A DNA stretch of 14,943 bases from Promethearchaeota archaeon (GTDB lineage Archaea; Asgardarchaeota; Lokiarchaeia; Sigyniarchaeales; SOKP01), in assembly GCA_048939015.1 (NCBI GenBank), contig JBHLPW010000091.1, positions 1 through 14,943 of the forward strand, written 5' to 3'. The translations under genes and the position numbers were made by a program. Below, piece after piece: positions 1 through 7,770 of the stretch; the stretch's first letter is position 1; the number at the start of each line of letters is the position of its first letter. The notes under the pieces were generated by a model. The model saw nothing but the letters and a program-made list of their open reading frames with translations. It made no database searches and was not told the DNA's origin.

Positions 1-321
1 CGATTTCTAATAAATTTTTCTTACATAAGAAATATGGGAATACAATCCCTAACTTTAACAATTAAATTAATCAATTTAAATTTAACAAGGATTAGCAATA
101 AGAATTTTCTTTTTCAGATAATTTAATTAAAAAAGTTGGGGAAATCTGATTTTAAACTTATTAATACTTGACATTAAATGTCTTATTTTGAATCTTATCT
201 CCTGATTTTTAGATTTTTTTTAATTAGATACTTCCTTTCCAAATCTTTATTCAAATCTCCGGAAAGATCAACTAATCAAATATATAGGTTAATTTAATGT
301 AAAATTATATTTATTTCGAGA

Positions 322-1737
322 TTAAAGATTCAATTCAACAAGTTTTTGTTTATTTAATAAGACCTTATAAGGTTTTAAATCATAAATTCTCCACATAAAC
401 AGAAATCCAATAAGATAAAAAAGCGCAGGTACAGCAAACATTCCAATATTAATCCCCCATTGTGCTTGAAGAGATTGATTTGAAGCTGTTGGATCGAAAG
501 ATGTAAGAGGATGAATTATTCCAAATATTAAAGCTTCAATTACAATAGATAAACGTCCAATAAAAGTTCTAAATCCAAAATAAATCCCTTCTTCTCTTCT
601 ATTTGTTTTTATAACTATTTCATCAATAACATCTGAAAAAGTAGCATAAATTAAACTCCAAGTTGCTCCCATGCTAAATCCAATCAATACAAATCCAAAT
701 ATAACTAAGGGAAAATCCCAAATGAAGAGTGTAATAATTAAAAATGTAGCAGTGCCCCCTGTCCCACACATATAGCCAATTCTGTTTCCGAATTTTCTAG
801 CAATATAGATCCAAAATGGAGCAGAAATTACACTTGCTAAGAGGAATGCAATTAATATTATCATCTCATAAAATGGCTTAAGACGCATTACATATTGAAC
901 CCAATAAGGAATCGATGCCAGCATCAGAACCATTACTGTAGTTTGAGCCAAATAAGCAAATAAATAAGATATATAGTTCTTTTCTTTTAAAGCATATTTG
1001 AGTTTTTTAAAATAATTTTCTTTAGGTTTGTTTAAATCATCTATAAGAAATGTTCTATCAATCATTTGGCGATCTTCCCTCATACCATATATCATTGAAA
1101 GACAAATAATAATACAAATTATAGTAACAATCGCTCCTACAATTACATAAGATTCAACATTTGTTCCAGGTGAACCAGTTGTTATTATAAAGGTTGGCAT
1201 TAGAGTTCCAAGAGTTAAGCCGAAAAGAGAAAGTAAAATCTGAACACCACTTACCTTAGTCCTTTCTTTTTGAGTACGAAATTTATCAGGATAAATACTT
1301 TGATATGAAATAATCATGAATGAGAATAGAGTATCTAAAATACACAATATAATTATCAACCAGAAAAAAATCGAAAGGTCATTATTCATTGGAGGAAGGA
1401 AAATTAAAACAAACATTATGGAACAAGGGATTCCTGTCATTAAAAACCACGTAAATCTTTTACCGAATTTTCTCATATATTTGATATTGCGATTGGATAT
1501 ATACCCTGCTAAGGGATCGTTAAACATATTCCATATTCCATAGATGATAATAGCTGCTGTTATAAAAGATACTTGTAAAAAGACTTCAGTCTCATAAAAT
1601 TTAAACACCATAAAACTTAATACTGTCGCAAGAAAATCATCAAAAAAGCTCCCCAGAGAATAAGATATATGGACTTTAAGAGGATATTGAACGGTATAAC
1701 TTTCACTTATTTTTGTCATCTCTCTAAAGATCACCAA
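322..1737 (-). CDS. MFS transporter, glycoside-pentoside-hexuronide (GPH/MelB-like, MFS_2) family
   Basis: 471-aa ORF with about 12 hydrophobic segments. It has a MelB-like helix II (WNMFNDPLAGYIS), the loop KFGKRFTW and the C-terminal DVIDE...RREEGIYFG motif. The true start is probably the ATG at 1719, preceded by a GGTGAT SD at 1730-1735, rather than the TTG at 1737. Confidence 0.9.
   Translation of the reverse strand: MVIFREMTKISESYTVQYPLKVHISYSLGSFFDDFLATVLSFMVFKFYETEVFLQVSFITAAIIIYGIWNMFNDPLAGYISNRNIKYMRKFGKRFTWFLMTGIPCSIMFVLIFLPPMNNDLSIFFWLIIILCILDTLFSFMIISYQSIYPDKFRTQKERTKVSGVQILLSLFGLTLGTLMPTFIITTGSPGTNVESYVIVGAIVTIICIIICLSMIYGMREDRQMIDRTFLIDDLNKPKENYFKKLKYALKEKNYISYLFAYLAQTTVMVLMLASIPYWVQYVMRLKPFYEMIILIAFLLASVISAPFWIYIARKFGNRIGYMCGTGGTATFLIITLFIWDFPLVIFGFVLIGFSMGATWSLIYATFSDVIDEIVIKTNRREEGIYFGFRTFIGRLSIVIEALIFGIIHPLTSFDPTASNQSLQAQWGINIGMFAVPALFYLIGFLFMWRIYDLKPYKVLLNKQKLVELNL
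1730..1735 (-). promoter_or_regulatory. Shine-Dalgarno-like GGTGAT upstream of the ATG at 1719
   Basis: The minus strand reads TTATTGGTGATCTTTAGAGAGATG. GGTGA is the typical archaeal SD core, here with a 10-nt spacer. Confidence 0.5.
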
Positions 1738-1797
1738 TAAAAATATAATTAACTAATTTAATTTTGAGCTTATTTTATTTAATCTTTAATAGGTTGG

Positions 1798-2970
1798 TTA
1801 TTTCTTATCAAGAATTATTGTTTCTCCCGTAGTATATCGTTCTAAAGCTTTATCATCTAACTTTACGCCCCACCCAGGACCTTCTGGTAATTTTGCCATA
1901 CCGTTACTATAATCAATCGAATTTTGAATAAGGTTATCTTCTAACATTTCTTGACCAAAAAGTTCTGTTGCATGATCAATATAATGAAATTTTGCAACAT
2001 GAAAATGAATATGCATAGCTGAAGCAATTCCTAAAGGTTGATTATGTAAAACAACTCCAAGACCTCTTAATTTAGCATATTCAAATGCCTTTAACGCTCT
2101 TGTTACCCCTCCAGGTCGTTCTGAGTTAATCCCTAGTACTCTAACTGCCCCTAGTTCAACCAATGTTATAAAATCTTTGATTGAGAAAAAACCTTCATGT
2201 GCCATTAAAGGAGTATCAACTCTCTTTTGAACATAAGCCATTCCTATGTAATCATCTGCTCTTACTGGTTGCTCAGCATAATCAATACCAAAGGGTTCAA
2301 TTTCTTTAATTGCTCTAACAGCCATAGAAGGAGAATAGGCTTGATTATAATCTACTCTTAATCTGATTTTATCTCCAAAAGTACTTCTAATACTTTCAAT
2401 TATCTCTTTATCCTCATTTATCCCTCTTCCCAATTTAAGTCTAAAGGTTTTAAATCCTCTTTTATAATAAGATCGTGTAATACCTTTCATTAGAATGGGG
2501 TCTCCAAGAGGAATTAATGCAGCAATAGGAATTTCTTCAACATTTTTGCCTCCTATTAACTCACACACAGGTTTATTATCAATTTTACCAATAAGATCAT
2601 ATAATGCCATATCTAAGAGACCTTTAGCCATCTCATTATTAGCTAGATTTATATCCATCCGATAGTTAATTTTTTCAATATTATAAGGACTTTCATCTAT
2701 TAAATACTTCCCAAGACAATTTTTAATAGAATCAATAACTTGAAAAGGAGATATACCAGATTCTGGAAGCCAAAGAAAGGATTCACCAATACCAATGTGT
2801 CCTTCCTTCGTAATAAGCTTGCAAATTACAAAATCCCCCCCTAACCATGCTTCTTCTGCAGCAATAGCCATCCCTAAACCTCCCTCAGACTGTTTCATTG
2901 CCTCTCTGACAGCCTCTTTAAAAGGAACATGAATTGGAGTTAATTCTATGGTTGTTATTTCATTTGCCAT
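1798..2970 (-). CDS. Mandelate racemase/muconate lactonizing enzyme family protein (enolase superfamily), substrate unknown
   Basis: 390 aa. The capping domain has GxGE and LDMALYDLIGK..PVCELIGG. The barrel motifs are RLK (177-179), DYNQ (D207), EQP (E233) and HEG (258-260), with a C-terminal PEGPGWGV. Confidence 0.93.
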   Translation of the reverse strand: MANEITTIELTPIHVPFKEAVREAMKQSEGGLGMAIAAEEAWLGGDFVICKLITKEGHIGIGESFLWLPESGISPFQVIDSIKNCLGKYLIDESPYNIEKINYRMDINLANNEMAKGLLDMALYDLIGKIDNKPVCELIGGKNVEEIPIAALIPLGDPILMKGITRSYYKRGFKTFRLKLGRGINEDKEIIESIRSTFGDKIRLRVDYNQAYSPSMAVRAIKEIEPFGIDYAEQPVRADDYIGMAYVQKRVDTPLMAHEGFFSIKDFITLVELGAVRVLGINSERPGGVTRALKAFEYAKLRGLGVVLHNQPLGIASAMHIHFHVAKFHYIDHATELFGQEMLEDNLIQNSIDYSNGMAKLPEGPGWGVKLDDKALERYTTGETIILDKK

Positions 2971-2991
2971 AATAATATGTAATTTTCTACA

Positions 2992-3008
2992 TTAAAATAT
3001 CTTTTTAC
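2992..3008 (-). promoter_or_regulatory. Putative archaeal BRE/TATA promoter of the enolase-family gene
   Basis: The minus strand reads GTAAAAAGATATTTTAA, ending about 22 nt upstream of the ATG at 2970. No SD is present, which fits a leaderless transcript. The AT-rich background limits certainty. Confidence 0.4.
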
Positions 3009-3021
3009 CGAAACATAAAAA

Positions 3022-3037
3022 ATGAGAAACTTCTCAT
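3022..3037. promoter_or_regulatory. Perfect inverted repeat ATGAGAA-AC-TTCTCAT, candidate transcription-factor operator
   Basis: 7-bp arms with a 2-bp spacer, near the centre of the 128-bp divergent intergenic region (2971-3098). Confidence 0.5.
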
Positions 3038-3098
3038 CTTAAAGAATATTAGGTTAATAAAGACTTAAACGAAATAATTATTATCAAATCAAATTTAA

Positions 3099-4535
3099 AT
3101 GAGGGATATTTTGAATAATTCTGAAAATTCATCAAATCAACACTTCGATGAAGATCCTAGTACAATAAAGATGATAATGTTTTCTATGGGTTACTTCTTT
3201 AACGGATTTTTGATTGTTGCTTTCAATAATTTTGTTTGGCATTATTATGAGAGCGAACTTGGCTTAATAGACATTATTAGCTTATGGCCTATTTATATGG
3301 CAGTAGTTAATGTCATTTTTACTGTTTTTAGTATGATAAGTAGTCCTATTGTAGGATACCTTACTGACAAGCCAAACAAATGGACAAAAAAATTAGGATT
3401 TCACACCCCTTGGATACTTATTGGAGGCATTCCCACAATTATCTTTTTCTTCTTAATCTTTACACCTCCAACCGTGACTGGAGTAGAAAGCATATTTCCC
3501 ATTCTATTATATTATCTTATTATCGTGTTTATTTATGATATTTCTAATTCACTTTTCCAAACTCATACATTTGGAGCTTTTGCAGCTCACTTTCGAAGCG
3601 ATGAAACAAGAAGAAAAGCTGGAATGATTACTCAAATATTTATTTTTATAGCTAATTTCATTACAATTATATTATGGTCGCAAATAATTATTCCTGGGCA
3701 CCGAAATACTTTCACTATCGCAGCTTTTTTGAGTATTTTAATATTAAGCGTTTCTTTAGCGATTTTAATACCTGGTTCTAGAGAAACAATCGAAATAAAA
3801 GAACGATTCATTTTAGGGCACCAAACAACAGAAAAAAAATCATTTATTTGGACTATGAAAATGGCAATTAAACAAAAAAATTTTATGTTAGCAGTTATTA
3901 CTTATGTAATTTTCATGATAGCTTTAGGATTAATGAGTATGAATACAATAAATTTTGTTGATGATGTTTTGCAAGAGGCACAGTCTATAAGAACAATTGG
4001 TTCAATTTTTATGTTCATAGCTACTATAATAACAATGCCTATTTGGATTTATGTAGCGAAAAAAATAGGGCACTCTCGTTTATATACGATTGGTTTAATA
4101 TCATTTGGAATAAGTCTATTAATATATTGTTTTATTTCAAATGCCTTAGGATTTTATATAGTTAATTTTCTGACTGGTGTAACAGCAGCTATGTTTACTA
4201 TTATGTTATCCCCTGTTTTAGCTGATTGTTATGATGAAATAACTGTAAAGTTTAATAAACATTATGAAGCCACATTAGTAGGTTTTAGAAATGTTTTTAT
4301 TCGTGTATCCTTATTAATTCAAAGTTTTATTGTTGCAATAATTCATGCATCAACTTTGTATAATCCGAATAGTGCTACCCATAGTATCAATGCATTACTA
4401 GGTCTTAGATTGATTCAAGGTGTTTTTCCATTCTTATTTTGCCTAATTGGTACTCTTATCTTTTATAAATGGTATGATTTAAAAGATACTAAGAAACAAG
4501 AGATAATACAAAAATTAAAAGAACTAGGATTATAG
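3099..4535 (+). CDS. MFS transporter, GPH/MelB-like (MFS_2) family
   Basis: 478 aa with about 12 TM segments. Motifs are PIVGYLTDKP..WTKKLG...PWILIGGIP and LADCYDE. The C-terminus YDLK...KLKELGL parallels that of the 322-1737 transporter. Confidence 0.9.
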   Translation: MRDILNNSENSSNQHFDEDPSTIKMIMFSMGYFFNGFLIVAFNNFVWHYYESELGLIDIISLWPIYMAVVNVIFTVFSMISSPIVGYLTDKPNKWTKKLGFHTPWILIGGIPTIIFFFLIFTPPTVTGVESIFPILLYYLIIVFIYDISNSLFQTHTFGAFAAHFRSDETRRKAGMITQIFIFIANFITIILWSQIIIPGHRNTFTIAAFLSILILSVSLAILIPGSRETIEIKERFILGHQTTEKKSFIWTMKMAIKQKNFMLAVITYVIFMIALGLMSMNTINFVDDVLQEAQSIRTIGSIFMFIATIITMPIWIYVAKKIGHSRLYTIGLISFGISLLIYCFISNALGFYIVNFLTGVTAAMFTIMLSPVLADCYDEITVKFNKHYEATLVGFRNVFIRVSLLIQSFIVAIIHASTLYNPNSATHSINALLGLRLIQGVFPFLFCLIGTLIFYKWYDLKDTKKQEIIQKLKELGL

Positions 4536-4600
4536 CAAAAATAAAAGATTTTTGACTAAAAAAGAAATTTTAGAAACTATCAGAAGAAAAAAAAGAAAGA

Positions 4601-5644
4601 ATGAACTCATTAGAATTAACTCTTTCAGCAATTAAAGGAATACCTGAAAAAATTCCATTTAATCCATTTATTATGCATATGGCAGCATCATTAGCAAATG
4701 TAGATTACAACCATGATTATTGCCAAAAACCAGATGTTCTAGTTGATTCACAGATCAAATGTGCTGACTTTTTTGGTATTGATCACGTGAATGTGTCTAC
4801 TGATGCCTATAGGGAAGCGAATGCATGGGGTGTTGCTATTGATTGGGAAAGTCATACCCCTGTAGCGAAAACACATCTTTCAATTGAAGAGTTTGAGTCT
4901 ATAGAAACCCCTTCTCTGCTTGAAAATTCAAGAATTATGAATAGAGTTAATGCTGTTAAAAAATTCTCTGAAAAGGTGGGCGGAAATCAATGTATCGTAG
5001 GTTGGATTGAAGCACCCTTTGCTGAAATCTGTTGCTTATTCGATCTAGTCAATGTTCTTCTACTATGTAAAAACTCAGATTGGGTAGAGAGACTAAAAAA
5101 GTTGATTAGTAGAGTCCTCCCAATCCAAAAAGAATTCGCTAGATTACAGATTGAAGCTGGAGCTGATATAATTGGAGCTGGTGATTCGGCTATATCTCAA
5201 ATTGGTCCGATGAGATATGAGAAATGCTGTTTAGATGCTACAAAAGAGCTTTTTGATTATATTCAGAGGGATGCTCCAGTTTTATATCATATTTGTGGTG
5301 ATAACTCTGTAGTAGACAAGGAAGGGAGAGATATGTTAAAACTTGTATCAAGCACTAAAGCTGCGATTTTAGATTTAGATTATCAAGTTAACCTTAAATT
5401 AGCAAAAGAAAAAATTGGTAAAAACAATTGCATCAGAGGAAATACAAATACTCAAATTCTAGGAAGTCCAAAATATTCCATTTCAAGAGTTATTGAGGAA
5501 ATAACTAAAACCATTGATGCAGGAAAGCCTGGAGGGTTTTATATGTATGCATTGGGATGTGAAGCTCCCTGGGAACCGTTAGATTTAGCAATACGCAATA
5601 TAAGTGCTGCTAAATCACTAACAGAAAAAATAGGTTATTATTAA
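4601..5644 (+). CDS. Uroporphyrinogen decarboxylase (URO-D) fold protein, MtaA/CmuA-like Zn-dependent methyltransferase family
   Basis: 347 aa. It has the Zn-binding H-x-C...C motif (H230-I-C232...G-C320), plus D.Y.EA.AWG, GWIEAPF, QIEAGADII and a GN motif. It lacks the N-terminal RQAGR motif of true HemE. Confidence 0.88.
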   Translation: MNSLELTLSAIKGIPEKIPFNPFIMHMAASLANVDYNHDYCQKPDVLVDSQIKCADFFGIDHVNVSTDAYREANAWGVAIDWESHTPVAKTHLSIEEFESIETPSLLENSRIMNRVNAVKKFSEKVGGNQCIVGWIEAPFAEICCLFDLVNVLLLCKNSDWVERLKKLISRVLPIQKEFARLQIEAGADIIGAGDSAISQIGPMRYEKCCLDATKELFDYIQRDAPVLYHICGDNSVVDKEGRDMLKLVSSTKAAILDLDYQVNLKLAKEKIGKNNCIRGNTNTQILGSPKYSISRVIEEITKTIDAGKPGGFYMYALGCEAPWEPLDLAIRNISAAKSLTEKIGYY

Positions 5645-5651
5645 AATAATA

Positions 5652-6887
5652 TTGTTAGATATTACCATGAAAAACCTCACAAAAGTAAGAAAGAGGAATT
5701 TGTATGCATGTTTTACTACATCTCTAATGTATGGATTTGGAGAGGGTGGATTTTTCGTAATATTACAACCCCTATTATTGGAGATCACCGGTTTATTATT
5801 CTCTGTTGGGGTAATTATGACTATCGTGAGCGTAGTTCAAGTAATATCAATGCCATTGATTGGGAAGCTAATGGATCGTTTTGGTAGGAAAAAACTATGG
5901 TTACTTGCTAGTCCAATTATCATTTTTGGATGTATTTTACTTATAGTGGCAATGAATGTTATATTGGCAGGGTTAGCGGTTATTTTAATCTATGCTGGTG
6001 GAGTCATTCATACTATGAGTTCTCTAATGATTATCTCCGAAAACACTGAAGATTCGAAAAAAGGCTCTAATTTCAGTTTTAGATTTTTCGCAGGTTCTGG
6101 TGCAAGTATTATTGGTTTTATGTTAGTGCTGTTCAATATTGGCTCAGGTTATCACTTCTACATCTGGTTATTTATTGTAATGAACCTGTTTCTATGGTTA
6201 GTAGTTTTTTTTGCTTTAAGTCCAATAAAAACTGATTTTATAAAGGAAAGAAATTCTATGACCCCTATTAAACAGAATAAAATAGTTGAATTGTTTCAAA
6301 ATCCAAAAATTAGGAAAATTGTAATTTTCTTTACTCTTAATTGGTTTTTCTATGGTATAACGATTACTATTTGGAATGCTTGGTTTGTTGATACGTATGG
6401 TGTCTCTCAACAAACATTAGCATTATTTTTTATTGTGGTTAACATTTTCCGAATGATCTTTCAAATTCCAGCTGGACGTATCATCGATAAAATTGGAAAG
6501 AGAAAAGCATTAATAATAAGTCTAATAAGTTGCATATTTAGTTCAATTAGTTCCCTTATTGTATTCTTTACATGGTCTAGTGGATTTACTTCAATTTTCA
6601 TTCCAGGATATGTTTTTTCAGTTATCTTTTTTGCTTTATATATTACTCTAATTATTCCTGTAGAATCAATGTATTTCACTAACTTAACTAAAAGTGGAAA
6701 GGTAGAATCGTTTGGGACAGTAAAATTAATAACAGATGGCGCATTGATACCAACAGGTGTAGTTGGAGGCTCTCTTGCGGATTTTATACATCCTATCGCC
6801 CCTGAGATCGTGCATTTTGGGGGTTTTATGGTGCTTTTATGGTTTCCAGTTAGGTATTTTGATAATAAGAAAAAGAAAGATATATAA
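5652..6887 (+). CDS. MFS transporter (MFS_1)
   Basis: 411 aa with about 12 TMs and motif A twice (GKLMDRFGRKK, GRIIDKIGKRK). It starts 7 nt after the upstream stop. The ATG at 5667 is a likely alternative to the TTG start. Confidence 0.9.
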   Translation: MLDITMKNLTKVRKRNLYACFTTSLMYGFGEGGFFVILQPLLLEITGLLFSVGVIMTIVSVVQVISMPLIGKLMDRFGRKKLWLLASPIIIFGCILLIVAMNVILAGLAVILIYAGGVIHTMSSLMIISENTEDSKKGSNFSFRFFAGSGASIIGFMLVLFNIGSGYHFYIWLFIVMNLFLWLVVFFALSPIKTDFIKERNSMTPIKQNKIVELFQNPKIRKIVIFFTLNWFFYGITITIWNAWFVDTYGVSQQTLALFFIVVNIFRMIFQIPAGRIIDKIGKRKALIISLISCIFSSISSLIVFFTWSSGFTSIFIPGYVFSVIFFALYITLIIPVESMYFTNLTKSGKVESFGTVKLITDGALIPTGVVGGSLADFIHPIAPEIVHFGGFMVLLWFPVRYFDNKKKKDI

Positions 6888-6890
6888 TTC

Positions 6891-7652
6891 TCATCTATGA
6901 ATCCCTGGATCCAAATAAGGAGTTTTGGAATAAAGTATATGAGTATATTTTTTTCTTAATTCTTCCATTAGTGCTTCTTCAGTATATTCCTCGAGATTCA
7001 AATAGGTCCATCCATGTACTCCTCCACTTGATAAACCATCTGGACTATGCATATCTGTTCCAGTAATCATTCCAATCTTTCCTTCATGTTTTAAACAAAA
7101 ATCATACGATTCTTGATCATAGACATTTTCAGGTAGGCAATCATCATTAACAATTTCAATATAGTCTATCCCCCAATCTAACAATACTTCACGAGTTGGA
7201 TGAGTTTTCATATTAAATTCGTATAAACTCCATGGAATATGATTACAAACGACAATACCTCCTTTATCATGGGCAAAGTTAATTGCACTAATAATATCAT
7301 CGTCCTTAACCCTATACAAGATTTTAGTTTCCCAATTCGGTATACCTAGAAAATTTAAATGAATTCTATTAGTAGTCCATTCAATTCCACTTAAAATAAT
7401 GATGTCTTTTTTTGCGTATTCCTTTCTTACTTCATCAATTTTTTCTAAATGGCGCATGTTATTATGATCCGTTATTGCTATGGCATTATAGCCCATTGCA
7501 ATATGCCATTCGACATTTTGTTTAATCGTAAGTACTCCATCACTAAATATAGTATGTGAATGGTGATCGAATACCACATTATATTGTTCTCTATCGCATC
7601 CAGGAGGGGTATGAGGTTTAACGTCTTTCCAGTCATTATCAGAATAAATCAT
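6891..7652 (-). CDS. PHP-domain metal-dependent hydrolase/phosphoesterase
   Basis: 253 aa with the full PHP metal-ligand set: DHHSHTIFSDG, ITDHN, GIEW, H(LN), CNH and GTDMH. Confidence 0.92.
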   Translation of the reverse strand: MIYSDNDWKDVKPHTPPGCDREQYNVVFDHHSHTIFSDGVLTIKQNVEWHIAMGYNAIAITDHNNMRHLEKIDEVRKEYAKKDIIILSGIEWTTNRIHLNFLGIPNWETKILYRVKDDDIISAINFAHDKGGIVVCNHIPWSLYEFNMKTHPTREVLLDWGIDYIEIVNDDCLPENVYDQESYDFCLKHEGKIGMITGTDMHSPDGLSSGGVHGWTYLNLEEYTEEALMEELRKKYTHILYSKTPYLDPGIHR

Positions 7653-7770
7653 ATGATAAAGAAAGAATATTTAAGTTCAAACTTTTTAATTTTTGCTTAG
7701 AATATAAAAATTGGAATAATAAATGAAAGTTAAATTTTTTCTACATAGTTATACTTTGAAAAAGTTATTT

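Noticed and set aside
1316-1543. 75-aa plus-strand ORF
   Set aside because: It is antisense within the GPH transporter, has no recognisable motif and is a typical shadow ORF.
1798-2970. Annotation as L-Ala-D/L-Glu epimerase, MenC or muconate cycloisomerase
   Set aside because: It lacks KxK, the strand-6 Lys and the epimerase DxD motif.
4601-5644. Annotation as hemE or as methanogen mtaA
   Set aside because: It lacks the HemE RQAGR motif, and no mtaB/mtaC or haem genes are nearby. Only a family-level call is supported.
6216-6679. Two short minus-strand ORFs (65 and 72 aa)
   Set aside because: Both are antisense to the well-supported MFS_1 gene and have no motifs.
6838-6893. Selenocysteine/pyrrolysine read-through at TGA/TAG stops (PHP, hydrolase, second GPH gene)
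   Set aside because: The proteins are already complete at these stops. Where I checked (PHP and the second GPH gene), read-through reaches another stop within a few to about 17 codons without adding a motif.
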